Part shown: piece after piece, positions 25,371 through 37,644 of the stretch
Numbering within the stretch: the stretch's first letter is position 1
Layout of the letters: each line of letters opens with the position of its first letter
Source of the DNA: Eledone cirrhosa
Taxonomy: Eukaryota
DNA: 64,000 bases
Direction of reading: 5' to 3'
NCBI GenBank assembly: GCA_964016885.1
Contig: OZ024747.1
Location: 57,102,001-57,166,000 of the forward strand
Made by a program: the position numbers and the translations under genes
The notes under the pieces: generated by a model
The model's database searches: none
Told to the model about the DNA's origin: nothing
Seen by the model: only the letters and a program-made list of their open reading frames with translations

Positions 25371-28088
25371 CATCATCATCATCATCATCATTTTACGTCC
25401 GCTTTTCCCTGCTTGCAAGGGTGGGACGGGTCTTATTCAGCACAGCATCTCTCCACTCGTCACGGTCCCTCGTCATCTCCACCGTGAGCTTCAATGATCT
25501 GAGGTCTGTTCTCACCACCTCCGCCCATGTTTTTCGTGGTCTACCTCTACTACGTCTTCCTTCAACTGGCATTTCCTGGCACTTCTTCACCCATCGGTCA
25601 TCCTCCATGCGCATCACATGTCCATACCACCTCAGTCTCCTCTCCCGTACACTACATTCTATCCCTCTCAGACACAGTTTCTCTCTCAACACATTTATGC
25701 TGGGTCGTTCACGCACATTTACACTGCACATCCAACGGAGCATGCTTGCCTCATTTCTCTCCAGCCGTCGCATATCTTCTGCGGTAGCTGCCCATGTCTC
25801 ACTACCATGCAGCATCGCGCTCCTCACACAGGCATCATACAACCGGCCTTTCGTACGCAGGGAGAAACCCTTCTTCGTCAACAGAGGAAGCAGCTCCCTA
25901 AACTTCTTCCAACCCGTCCTTATTCTAGATACTATGGCCTCGGAACACCCTCCTCCCATGCTAATCTGATCTCCTAGGTACCGGAAGCTATCCACCACTT
26001 CTATAGCGCCCTCTCGCATTTGAAAAATGTGTCTATCAGTGCGACTTCTACTGTCTAATTTCCCTGTACATCTACTGCATACATATTTCTCCCTACCTGT
26101 TAGTTTGCCTGCTATCCCGCTACATCTCTTGTGTACCCAGGACCTACATTGTGTGCATTTTATAGAATTTATGCCAGTTCCTTTTCTGCATATCGAACAT
26201 GGCCATTTCCCTGACGGAATCAGGGTTTTGTCCTCTTTTCTACTCATCAACACTTTTGTCTTAGCTAGATTTACTCTCAGTCCTCTTGCTTCCAACTGCT
26301 GTTTCCATAGCCGGAATTTATTCTCTAGCTCCTCTACTGATTCTGCCATAAGAGCCAGATCGTCAGCATAGAGAAGTTCCCATGGACAGCCAGTCTTAAA
26401 CTCCTCTGTTATGGCTTGGAGGACTATAATGAACAAGAGCGGGCTGAGGACCGAACCCTGATGTACTCCTACTTGTATCTGGAATTCCTCACTAAACTCC
26501 ATTCCTACCCTGACTTTACTGAGAGTACCTCTGTACAAAGTTTGCACTGTCCTTACAAGCCATTCCTCAACACCCAGCTTCCTTAGGGACCACCAGATGA
26601 CAGATCGGGGTACCCTATCAAAGGCCTTCTCTAGGTCAACAAAGGCCAAGTATAGTGGCTTATTCTTCTCTAAGAACCTCTCTTGCATTTGTCTCACCAA
26701 GAAGAGGGCATCTGTTGTACTCTTCCCAGGCACAAAACCAAACTGCATCTCATCTAGTTTGACCCTTTCTCTAATTAGTTGTGCTAAAATCCTTTCTGCC
26801 ACTTTCATAACCTGATCTATCAGTTTTATACCCCTATAATTGCTCCTCTCCAAAGCATCCCCTTTACCTTTGTAGCAATTTATGAGAATACTGCTGCACC
26901 AGTCTTTGGGTATGACACCACCATATATAGCCTGATTGATTATGCGTGCAACCAGTTTAGTGCCTACGTCCCCTGATGCCTTCAGCATCTCAGCAACTAT
27001 TCCCGATGGTCCAGCCGCCTTACCATTTTTCATTTCCCTAATCGCCTCTTGGACCCTATATTCGTCAATCTCAATAGCTGGTCCCTCTGTCGGATCTACC
27101 AAGGGTAATTTCTCTCTCTCCCATTCGTTCTCCACATTCATCAGTCTCTCATCATGGCATTTCCAGGCCTCCTTTTTCTGGTCATTCGTGACACTAAGTA
27201 CACCGGCATCATCCCGGACACATTTATCACCAACAACATCCTGATTTGCATTGACACACTGCCTTGCAATGTGGAACACCGCACGCCTCTGATCTTCCCG
27301 TCGCAGAACATTGGCAAACCTCCTACTCTCTGCCTCCCTGCGTGCTAAGTACACCTGACGTCTAGCTTCTCTCTTAGTGGCTGTATATTCTTCCCTACTC
27401 CCACCCTTATTCCAAGCCTTCCATGCTAGTCTTTTGTCTCTAATAGCCTTATCTACACTGCTGTTCCACCACCAGGTCACTCTCTGTCTGGTTGGGGCTC
27501 TGCTCCAGCCACAAGTTTCATCAGTAGCCTTCAGCAAGTTGTCACGTAAGAACTTCCAGTTATTATCTATGTCATACGTCTCTAAATCGTCTTCTTTTTC
27601 GTCATATACATCTTGAAGGGCTTTCCTAAATTTGAATTTTAGTGAAAGGTCTTTTAGCTTCCAGACCTTTCTTCTCCACACCTTCCTATATGGCTCATTC
27701 CATCTCTTGCTTACTGAGATATCACTAACAACTAACCTATGCTGTGGGGTACATTCTTCCCCAGGGTATGCCTTGGTATTAGACACTATCTGCCTGTCCC
27801 GCTGCCTAACTAGCAGGAAGTCAATCTGGCTTATGTGCTCACCAGATTTGTAGGTTATTAGGTGATTGGCAGGTTTCTGGAAGTTTGTGTTGCAAATAGT
27901 CAATGTACTTGCATCACAAAATTCAAGAAGTCTCACTCCTTCTTCATTTCTTGAACCGTAACCATGCCCACCATGTACCCCAGTGTAACCATCCTGGAGC
28001 TGTCCAACATGACCATTGAAGTCTCCTGCTAGCATAACGATGTCTCCGTCCTCTGTCATTGTGGTTGTTTGCAAAAGGGCATAACGAT
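25371..28088 (-). mobile_element. RTE-clade LINE (family A), 5'-truncated, (TGA)n tail, inserted in (TA)n
   Basis: ORF ends immediately before the (ATG)n tail; both flanks are (TA)n. Confidence 0.95.
25393..28074 (-). CDS. RTE LINE ORF: C-terminal half of APE endonuclease, reverse transcriptase and PHD-type zinc finger (893 aa, 5'-truncated)
   Basis: [19 protein letters not shown] (APE); [41 protein letters not shown] (RT); CSIC..CTQC..HKRC..CSRC; [18 protein letters not shown]-terminus; no stops. Confidence 0.95.
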   Translation of the reverse strand: MQTTTMTEDGDIVMLAGDFNGHVGQLQDGYTGVHGGHGYGSRNEEGVRLLEFCDASTLTICNTNFQKPANHLITYKSGEHISQIDFLLVRQRDRQIVSNTKAYPGEECTPQHRLVVSDISVSKRWNEPYRKVWRRKVWKLKDLSLKFKFRKALQDVYDEKEDDLETYDIDNNWKFLRDNLLKATDETCGWSRAPTRQRVTWWWNSSVDKAIRDKRLAWKAWNKGGSREEYTATKREARRQVYLARREAESRRFANVLRREDQRRAVFHIARQCVNANQDVVGDKCVRDDAGVLSVTNDQKKEAWKCHDERLMNVENEWEREKLPLVDPTEGPAIEIDEYRVQEAIREMKNGKAAGPSGIVAEMLKASGDVGTKLVARIINQAIYGGVIPKDWCSSILINCYKGKGDALERSNYRGIKLIDQVMKVAERILAQLIRERVKLDEMQFGFVPGKSTTDALFLVRQMQERFLEKNKPLYLAFVDLEKAFDRVPRSVIWWSLRKLGVEEWLVRTVQTLYRGTLSKVRVGMEFSEEFQIQVGVHQGSVLSPLLFIIVLQAITEEFKTGCPWELLYADDLALMAESVEELENKFRLWKQQLEARGLRVNLAKTKVLMSRKEDKTLIPSGKWPCSICRKGTGINSIKCTQCRSWVHKRCSGIAGKLTGREKYVCSRCTGKLDSRSRTDRHIFQMREGAIEVVDSFRYLGDQISMGGGCSEAIVSRIRTGWKKFRELLPLLTKKGFSLRTKGRLYDACVRSAMLHGSETWAATAEDMRRLERNEASMLRWMCSVNVRERPSINVLREKLCLRGIECSVRERRLRWYGHVMRMEDDRWVKKCQEMPVEGRRSRGRPRKTWAEVVRTDLRSLKLTVEMTRDRDEWRDAVLNKTRPTLASREKRT

Positions 28089-28143
28089 ATATATATTTAT
28101 ATATTTATATATATATATATATATATTTATATATTTATATATT

Positions 28144-28192
<49 letters not shown>

Positions 28193-28193
28193 T

Positions 28194-28226
<33 letters not shown>

Positions 28227-28291
28227 TTATATATATATATATTTATATATTTATATATATATATATTTATATATTTATATATATATATATT

Positions 28292-28408
<117 letters not shown>

Positions 28409-28464
28409 ATATTTATATATATATTTATTTATATATATTTATATATATATATATATATTTATTT

Positions 28465-28705
28465 ATATTGTTATACTTTGGGAGGGTCATGTTGCCAATA
28501 AGAAACACACGCACCAGTTGCTTTCACTTCAATTTATTATAATAAATTTAGGAATTTATAAATTTCTGGTTGGTTGGTTGATTCCACAACCAGATAGTTG
28601 TTTATATGTTGTCAAAGTTCTTTCGTCACACATTCTGTGACCTCTTCAGTGACTAAGGATTCTTTTCTTACCTCTCCTTTGTTCTGTCCTACGCTTTTTT
28701 GTTTT
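28465..28705 (-). mobile_element. Penelope-like terminal repeat fragment (family B)
   Basis: Homologous to 14590-14800; contains a hammerhead and a downstream AATAAA. Confidence 0.65.
28611..28653 (-). ncRNA. Minimal type I hammerhead ribozyme
   Basis: GUCA CUGAAGA G GUCACA-GAAUG-UGUGAC GAAA GAAC UU UGAC: 4-bp stem I, 6-bp stem II, intact core. Confidence 0.75.
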
Positions 28706-28839
28706 GAGAAACAAAATGGCGTAGGATTGATGCCCGGATTCTCCATGTGTTAAGTTTTCTAGTCCTACCCATGCTGGCATAGCAAATGGACATTAAATGA
28801 GGATGATGATGATCTATCAGTTAAATTATAACTTTATAA

Positions 28840-29010
28840 AACGATCTCCATCCCTAGTCAAGGAGTACCTCCTTACAAATGTATAATGAACAAACATAAA
28901 TGTAACTACTTTACATATTTCTTCCTCCCCAAAACTTTAACAATCTGGAATTCCATCTCTGTGCAGGTTTTTCCTGTAAACATCAACTTGCAGGTGTTCA
29001 AGGTGTATGT
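28840..29010 (+). pseudogene. CR1/Zenon-like LINE 3' fragment
   Basis: FFLPKTLTIWNSISVQVFPVNINLQVFK resembles the FFPRT..WNSLP..FP...NL..FK terminus. Confidence 0.6.
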
Positions 29011-29054
29011 TGTCCAAGGGAAAGGCAATGGCCAATACAGCATGGCACCAGTGA

Positions 29055-29200
29055 TGTTGCAACTCATTTCTACAGCTGAATGAACAGGACCAATGTGAAA
29101 TAAAGTGTTTTGTTTAAGTACACAATGCACCACCCAGTCCGGGATTCAAACACACAACCATATGATTGTAAGCTCAATGCTCTAACCACTAGGCCATGCA
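29055..29200 (-). mobile_element. Degenerate CORE SINE 5' part
   Basis: CATTTCTACAGCTGA..CAATGTGAAATAAAGTG..CTCTAACCACTAGGCCA. Confidence 0.7.
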
Positions 29201-29296
29201 CCTACACATATGCTTCTTCTCAAAAAAACATTTTTTTCCATTCCTTTCTCTGCTCACTCTGTCTCTTTCTATTTCATCTTTTATTTCACATTCTAT

Positions 29297-29330
29297 ATTC
29301 TGATGAAGGACTAGTGTCCAAAATGTAAAC
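29297..29330 (+). ncRNA. CpG-decayed minimal hammerhead remnant
   Basis: CTGATGA A GGAC-TAGT-GTCC AAAATGTA; reversing two CpG transitions restores GTCCGAAACGTA. Confidence 0.5.
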
Positions 29331-29647
29331 AGACTTTTCCTACTATATCAAGCTTTAAACTAATATATTTCTCCATTGTACGGTGTCGTATGCTTTGTTG
29401 TGTCAGTTTACGTTTTGCATATATGAATACACACCAACCAATCATACAAATTCATGTTCCATTCATACCCATAGCCATGTCATAGAACATATCCCTAAAC
29501 TACCCTACAATTATTTACTACTATAACACCCTAATTAATATTCATCATTCCTCTCAGAATTCTAAGACCAAAACTCCAAAAGAATTTCTAAGTAAATTAT
29601 TTCTGAAGGTTTTAACAATTCTTTCTTTCTGCATTGATCAAACAATT

Positions 29648-29706
<59 letters not shown>

Positions 29707-30474
29707 TATTTCCTTCTTCTTTCCATTTCTTCCCTCCATGTACATATATATATGTGTTTGTGTGTGTATATATATATATAAATATATGTATGTATCTATT
29801 ATGTGTATATATATATATATATGTATGTATGTATATATATACTTGTTGGAAAGTGTGGTGTCCCTTGTATTTTATAATTAAATCATTAAATCCATACCGT
29901 CATTTGTGGACAGATCTTAATTCTGCTTCAAATTCACACACATACACATACATGCTGACATATACACACATACATGCATGAACTCACACATACATGCTAA
30001 CACACACACACATGCATGAACACACACACATATGCATGCACACACATGCACATTCAGTATTTCTCTGTATCTTTCTCATCTTTTCACTCTCTATGTTTCT
30101 GTTATTTTATCACATCACCTCTCTAATTCCTCTCTCTATTGTAAGCCTTTATCTAACTTCTTTCCAGTCTCTCTCTCATACTATTGCTATCTCCTTTACT
30201 CTCATTCATTTTTCCATCTCTCTCAATATGTGAATCTTTGTTTCACAATCTGCTTACTGTTACTCTGTCACCCTACAACCATCTATGTAATTATTTAATC
30301 CTTGAATTTATATAAATCTTTCTTTCCTCTCACCTCTTGGAGAGTGACAGCATGACAGAAAGAGGGAAACCAGCCAACTAAAGACACAGCATGTGACTTA
30401 GCATTTTATATACATATATGTGTGCATGCATGTTTTTCCATTTTGTAAGTTTGTATAGTCATTGTTACTTTTAA

Positions 30475-30634
30475 ATTTTTAATATTTAAACCGGCCATAT
30501 CAAACCGGCTGTAACTGGCCACTCATACTTATTATCAAATATTATCAAAATCTTGTAGATTTGATATTATGTGAGATAAAACCTTTACCATAAAAATATA
30601 ATAATAAATATAGAATAATACAAATGCTAAAAGG
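30475..30634. mobile_element. piggyBac-like MITE, degenerate copy
   Basis: Homologous to 62887-63106; right end AAATGCTAAAAGG followed by TTAA. Confidence 0.65.
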
Positions 30635-31399
30635 TTAAAGGTTTCAAGCTAAGGCCATACTGGGGCAATACTTTTGAGTTTTTTAATGATTATATCAACC
30701 CAAGAACATATTTGTAGGTCTGGTATTGGTTTTATTCTTCTTCATATCTCAAACCACAAGGTGTGCAACACACTACAAAACAAATTTAAATTGCAGAAAA
30801 TTAATGGAGACTATTTCTTTATTATACAGAATCGTGAACTAAATAAGCAATAGTCATATCACGATTTGGAGACAAGATCAATATTCAGCAAGCTACTTGC
30901 TACATGAGCACTATACATACACCATGAACATGTGACTTGTGACATGTAAGTATAAAGGTAAAGTTTAAGATGCAAACTCTGGCAGGAAAGTCATAGAAAG
31001 ATGGTGAAGTAAAAACTGCATATTACAACATAAATGGCTTAAGATAAAAGTGGCAGTAAAAAAAAAGAAGCTTATAATATGCCAGATGATGAGACTGCGA
31101 AGGTCTGAATATGATGTAAAACTATGGGTTTTGAAACTTTGTTGTTCCAATTGAAATGTGTCGGTGCATTTATAGAAAATATGAGATTCTAATAAAGAAA
31201 TTGAAACTTGTAGTAAAGAAGGTCTGCACCCCATATGTATAAATATATACATATATGTATATATATAGAGAGAGAGATAAACAGATAAATATACATATAT
31301 GTATAGAATTAGAATTTAGCTTCGAACATTGCTGTATACAAATATGTATTTGAATTTCGTATTTCTAAAGAAATATGGTATGTTTATAAATAAACATTT

Positions 31400-31835
31400 A
31401 GAAAGCTATGAATTACACACTGGCAGCTAATGCCTGGCAGAAGCAAAGGGGACAATGGTCGATGCATTTTGAACTCAACTGGCGTGTCACAGTTTGAGGT
31501 CGGTGTGGAAGTCGGATCATGGTAGAGACCTGAAGATCTGTCTCTTCGTCGCTACCAAGAGATTCTCACAGATGGTACTCTAGAAAGTAACACAGAGGAG
31601 ATTGAGGTTAGCTGGACATGCTCACCAACATTCAGAGTTGACACTGCTTTCAGTAGTCCTGTGGGAGCCCCTACACAAACACGAGAAGAGGGAGACTGAA
31701 GATGGCATAAATTGATGCCCTAAGGACAGACACTGGTCTCCAGGAGACACAGGACATGGTGGCGATGATGAAGGACAGGTGGCTGGAGAGAACTCATCTA
31801 CGGATCTCGGGAATTTTACCCACCCTAGATAGATA
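31400..31835 (+). pseudogene. Degenerate RTE/RTE-X LINE 3' end with (TAGA)n tail
   Basis: Frameshifted LRLAGHAHQHSEL..VLWEPLH..IDALRTDTGLQET..MMKDR. Confidence 0.65.
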
Positions 31836-32134
31836 CATATATATGTTTGGCTGTGTGTGTGTATGTGTGTGAATATTTGTATGCCAAATTTTTTCTGTTA
31901 TTTCTAGTGTGTTCTAGTTAAATAGCATACATAACAAGATGCCAATAGAGAATGAACACTCATATACATACTTTAAAGCACATATATATACCTGTGTATA
32001 TGAATACATGTGTGTTGTAGGTATGGATGTTTGCATGTGAATGTATGTATATATGCATATATGAGTGTTTTCATGTATGTATGTATTATTTTATAAATAA
32101 AATAATTTATTTCATAAATAAAATAATGTATTAT

Positions 32135-32184
<50 letters not shown>

Positions 32185-32340
32185 GGAGGTGAGTTTTATT
32201 GTAGTACACTAAAGCAATGCAGATATCGGATAAATAGCACTCTACAGTTTGTAGGACTGGAGTATAAATAATATATAAGATATGTTGATTTAAAACTGCA
32301 CTATTCACAAGTGTTTTTTAACCTTCATATCATGTCTCCC

Positions 32341-32411
32341 TATTTTATCTGACGAAAATGCAAATGTCATCGCATGATGATATTTGTTTTTGAAATGCGC
32401 ATAATAAAATA
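32341..32411 (+). ncRNA. Type I hammerhead ribozyme, apparently intact
   Basis: UAUUUUAU CUGACGA [~16-bp stem II, loop GCAU] GAAA UGCGCA UA AUAAAAUA: perfect 8-bp stem I, palindromic stem III, AUA cleavage triplet. Confidence 0.85.
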
Positions 32412-32439
32412 CATAGAACTCTTTTAACCATCTTTTGAT

Positions 32440-33245
32440 CTTATACCACTGATCTACTACCACTGCTAGCTGCAAAAGGCTTCTCCCTCAGAATGAAAGG
32501 CAGACTGTATGATGCGTGTATCCGAACAGCAATGTTGCATGGTAGTGAGACCTAGGCGCTGAAGGTGGAAGACTTACGTAGATTAGAGAGAAACGAAGCC
32601 TGCATGCTCCGATGGATGTGTAACAGTAATATACGTGAACGACAAAGCATAAATGAATTGAGAGAGAGACTGAGCATAAGAAGAATCAAATGCTGTGTGC
32701 AGGAGAGACGGTTGCGCTGGTATGGACATGTGATGCATATGAAGGATGACAGCTGCATAAAAAGGTGCAGAGCACTAGAAGTTGATGGAAACCGCGGAGT
32801 GGGGAGACCCAAGATGACCTGGGATGAGGTGATAAAAGCCGACCTTACCCAATTACACCTCTCAAAGGCAATGACACACGACCGTGACTTCTGGCGTCAC
32901 GCCGTAATACAGAGTACCCGACCTCCCATGGGTACAAGCTGAAGCATATAGACAATATGCCTCCACACCCCCTACCGCAAGGTGGTCGTGGAGGTGCCAC
33001 GGCAAAAAAGCACCCAGCCCACACTGTAAAGTGGACATGTAGGCGCCACAAAAAAGCACCCAGCACTCACTGTAAATGAGCTTGGTGTTAGGAAGGGCAT
33101 CCAACTGTAGAAATCAAGCCAAATCAGTTCCTGTATGAGCAAGGCATGGTCAGCCGACCAGACACTGCCCACAACAGGACAACCCGCCTAACCCATGCTA
33201 GCGTGGAAGAACGGACGTAAAACGGTGATGATGATGATGATGATG

Positions 33246-33247
<2 letters not shown>
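32440..33247 (+). mobile_element. RTE LINE (family B) 3' fragment with 3'UTR and (TGA)n tail
   Basis: [31 protein letters not shown]; one premature stop; 3'UTR carries the SINE-shared module. Confidence 0.9.
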
Positions 33248-33276
<29 letters not shown>

Positions 33277-33904
33277 CATACGTATATATATATATATATA
33301 TAAATATATATATGTATATATGAATATTTGTATGAATGTATACATGCATATATGTATATATGTATGGATGTATGTATGTATATATGTGTGTATGTATGTA
33401 TGTGTATCATCATCATCATCTTCGTTTAACATCCACTTTCCACGCTAGCATGGGTTGTATGTATATATGTATGTATATGTGTGTATGTATGTATATATGT
33501 ATGAATGTGTATATATATGTATCTAGACACATATGTATGTCTGTACGTATGTATGTATGCATGTATGTATGTATATATCTATGTACGTAGACACATATGT
33601 GTTTGTATGTGTATATGATGATTATAATAGAGATATAGTATATAAATATAAAACAGCAATACTTTATATTTTGGTATCATTATCTTTGATTTCTCTAGGG
33701 ACTACTTATTGATATGTGTATGTATTTGTGTATGTGAGTGTGTATGTATATGTGTGTCTGTATGTGTGTGTGTGTGTAAGAGAGTGAGATGGGGTATGTA
33801 TGTAGGTAAGTAGATGTGTGTTTGTGCTAAGAATACAAATATAAATATTTAAGTGTACATTTTTATATTCAGATCACTATAGATATTAACTCACACATAC
33901 TCAC

Positions 33905-33975
<71 letters not shown>

Positions 33976-33976
<1 letters not shown>

Positions 33977-34678
33977 TGATTCATCTGAATTATTGAGCCC
34001 TCTGCCGCTCATATCGAATTTCGTTTTTCGTGAACTCGTGCGCCGATTTTTCGATACTCGATCTTTCTAATATATTTAGCTCTGGACATAGCTATCCACC
34101 AGTTAATTTTATTGCTCATTTTTTGTCGATTCTATTGAGTGATGAATAGCTTTTGTTTTATTTTAACATGTCTATTGAGCACTCTAATTCGATATGTGTA
34201 TTTCCACATTCACTCGAATTGTTTTCGCGGATATAGGGGTCATCTCCCTTGTCTAATGCCATGTGCGTTTTTCACCGCTAGTTGACTCCTTTGCCGCCAG
34301 GAAAAAACTCGTTGACAACGTAAACTCCGTTCCACTTATTCTAGTAGGCTTTTATATTTATATGTGAGCTGATAGAGTACTGTCTAAGGATTTACAGAAA
34401 CCCATGAAGCTAGATTTAACACCTTTCTAGTGGGTCCGGGTATGATTTTACATTCATTTAAATTATTGACGTATTGTTTTATTGATATTTTTTATCTGTT
34501 TGGCCCGAATCTTCCTTTATCGATTTTAAATCGTATGGTTGATTGTAGACTTGTTCTATATGTGACGGTATTTTAACGATAGTTATAGCTCTGATTCATC
34601 TGAATTATTGAGCCCTCTGCCGCTCATATCGAATTTCGTTTTTCGTGAACTCGTGCGCCGATTTTTCGATACTCGATC

Positions 34679-34690
<12 letters not shown>
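33976..34690 (+). mobile_element. Non-coding element with identical 100-bp terminal direct repeats (615-bp period), inserted in (TA)n
   Basis: 33976-34075 is identical to 34591-34690; CpG-rich; second diverged copy at 13708-14045. Confidence 0.8.
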
Positions 34691-34717
<27 letters not shown>

Positions 34718-34729
34718 CTCGAGAGAAGG

Positions 34730-35336
34730 CTAAGTTGGTACGGTCACGTGATGCGCATGAAAGACTACAGCTGTATAAAAAAGTGCAGGGCAATAAAAAT
34801 AGACGGTAGCCACGGAGTAGGCAGACCCAGAAAAACCTGGGACGGCTTGATAAATTCCGACCTCACACACTTACACCTCTCCAAGACAATGTCACTGGAC
34901 CGAGATCTTTGGCGCTACACAGTAATAGAGAAGACCCGCCTTGCCTAAATACAAAGTAAAACCTACGACAGTCAGTAGGCACCTCTAACAAAATACACCC
35001 CTGTCCCACAACCCCCACCCCATCCACACCGCCCCTTTCAATGTAAAGTTATGTTGGTACCACAACATCCAGGCCGAAAAAAATGAGGTCGTGTAGGTGT
35101 CACGACAAAAGAAACACACAGTCCACGCTGTAATGTGGCCATGTAGGTAACACAGTAAAAACCTCCCAGTTCCACACTGTAAATGTGGTTGGTGTTAGGA
35201 AGGGTATCCAGCCGTAGAAAACCCGCCAGACAGTCCTATGCGAGCAAGACAACGACTCTTGCCTCAAGTGGGAAAACTCCCGTCCAAACCCATGCAAGCG
35301 TGGAATATGGACGTTGAACGATGATGATGATGATGA

Positions 35337-35340
<4 letters not shown>
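34730..35340 (+). mobile_element. RTE LINE (family B) 3' fragment with 3'UTR
   Basis: [24 protein letters not shown]; (GAT)n tail. Confidence 0.9.
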
Positions 35341-35379
<39 letters not shown>

Positions 35380-36052
35380 CATACATATATACATATATAA
35401 ATATATATATGGTGGCTGCCAACTCGTTTTCAAGTACGGCCACTACTTTATATCCATGTAGGAGAACCCTACCGATGCGCTGAACGAATGTGACTTTTTA
35501 GTCCAGCCAGTGACTTGAAAACTCTGGTACAAACACTACACTTGTGACCATTATTGACACATAGTGTAGGGCCCATGGTACCATGTGATGACAAGTGCAG
35601 AGAGATCTCCAGATATAAAGCAATGCCTGTGCTGTGAAGCTTTTATAGTGAGCAAAGGCACTGCACAAAGCCAGTCCCACTCTCTTAACCAAGATGATAT
35701 TTGCCAAAAAGAAGAACAAGTCAACATCATTGGATACCATCAGGGTTGCAGGTGTTATATCAGAGTTTTCCTTCTCCTAGAATTCTGCCTTGACAAAGGC
35801 TAAGGGGTCATCTCTCCTGTATATATATATACATATATACATACATACATATATAAATATATATATATACACATATATACATACATACATATATAAATAT
35901 ATATATATACACATATATACATACATACATATATAAATATATATATATACACACACACATATATATATATATACATATATATACATATATATATATATTA
36001 TATATATATTATATATATATATATTTATATACATATATATACATATATACAT

Positions 36053-36586
36053 ACAAATTAAATTATTTAGAACAACAATTGAAGTCATTCTTTTCCTTTT
36101 TTTAAATATATGAATATATATATATATATATATATAAGTAGTAGGGATATTTAATTTGTTGGAAATACAACAAATATAAATGTTTATAACTGATTCAGAG
36201 CACTCAACAGTTTTCTGGAGTAAATATTCAATGATATTAAATAAATGGAAACTATATTCATAAAGCCATATTTATTCAATTATATATATTTCAAGGGTAC
36301 CAAAATTTTGGTACGCTATCATCAGATAAAATACAAAATGTTTTATAAATATTTGACATAACTAAGGATAATATACCTTAACGGTTCAAGTTGTCCCTGG
36401 AAAGGGATAACTTTCCAGGGACAACTTGAACCGTTAAGGTATATTATCCTTGGTTATGTCAAATATTTATAAAACATTTTGTATTTTATCTGATGATAGC
36501 ATACCAAAATGTTGGTACCCTTGAAATATATATAAATGAATAAATATGTTTTTATAAATATAGTTTCCAAATATTTAATATCATTG
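36053..36586 (-). mobile_element. Fold-back Penelope-like element (family C) with two opposite hammerheads
   Basis: Palindrome 36229-36586 centred on CCCTGGAAAG-GGATAA-CTTTCCAGGG; hammerheads at 36273-36333 (-) and 36482-36542 (+). Confidence 0.75.
36273..36333 (-). ncRNA. Type I hammerhead ribozyme
   Basis: UAUUUUAU CUGAUGA U AGCGUACCAAAAUUUUGGUACCCU U GAAA UAUAUA UA AUUGAAUA; stem I pairs at 7 of 8 positions. Confidence 0.7.
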
Positions 36587-36643
36587 TATATATATATCAT
36601 TTTGATATATATATACATATATATATACATATATATATATATA

Positions 36644-36798
36644 GTTTACTCAGCTGTAGAAATGAGATGATAGGGACTGGGGTCCATATCATTCCACTGC
36701 AAAGTGGTCGTGTAGGTGCCACGGCAAAAAAGCACCCAGCACGCACTGTAAATGAGGTTGGTGTTAGGAAGGGCATCCAGCTGTAGAAATCAAGCCAA
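36644..36798 (+). mobile_element. CORE SINE (family 1) internal fragment
   Basis: Matches 2337-2490. Confidence 0.8.
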
Positions 36799-36845
36799 AT
36801 ATATATACATATATATGAACCTAGCTATATATATATACATATACA

Positions 36846-37560
36846 GTAAACCTAGCTAAGACAAAAGTGTTGATGAGTAGAAAAGAGGACAAAACTCTGA
36901 TTCCGTCAGGGAAATGGCCATGTTCGATATGCAGAAAAGGAACTGGCATAAATTCTATAAAATGCACATAATGCAGATGTTGGGTACACAAGAGATGTAG
37001 TGGGATAGAAGGCAAATTAACAGAAGTTTATGGAGCTGCTTCCTCTGCTGACGAAGAAGGGTTTCTCCCTGCGTACGAAAGGCCGGTTGTATGATGCCTG
37101 TGTGAGGAGCGCGATGCTGCATGGTAGTGAGTCATGGGCAGCAACTGCAGACGATATGCGACAGCTGGAGAGAAATGAGGCAAGCATGCTCCGTTTGATG
37201 TGCAGTGTAAATGTATGGGAACGACCCAGCATAAATGTGTTGAGAGAGAAACTGTGTCTGAGAGGGATAGAATGTAGTGTACGGGAGAGGAGACTGAGGT
37301 GGTATGGACATGTGATGCGCATGGATGATGACCGATGGGTGAAGAAGTGCCAGGAAATGCCAGTTGAAGGAAGACGTGGTAGAGGTAGACCACGAAAAAC
37401 ATGGGCGGAGGTGGTGAGAACAGACCTCAGATCGTTGAAGCTCACGGTGGAGATGACGAAGGACCGTGACGAGTGGAGAGATGCTGTGCTGAATAAGACC
37501 CGTCCCACCCTTGCAAGCAGGGAAAAGCAGACGTAAAATGATGATGATGATGATGATGAT
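36846..37560 (+). mobile_element. RTE LINE (family A) 3' fragment with an internal ~190-nt deletion
   Basis: Highly similar to the reverse complement of 25371-26275; jumps from GKLT to KF.ELLP at about 37023. Confidence 0.9.
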
Positions 37561-37598
37561 ATATATACATATATATATATACATATACATATATATAC

Positions 37599-37629
<31 letters not shown>

Positions 37630-37644
37630 CATATATTATATATA

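Noticed and set aside
25421-27853. Plus-strand ORFs overlapping the LINE
   Set aside because: Antisense shadow frames of the RTE ORF.
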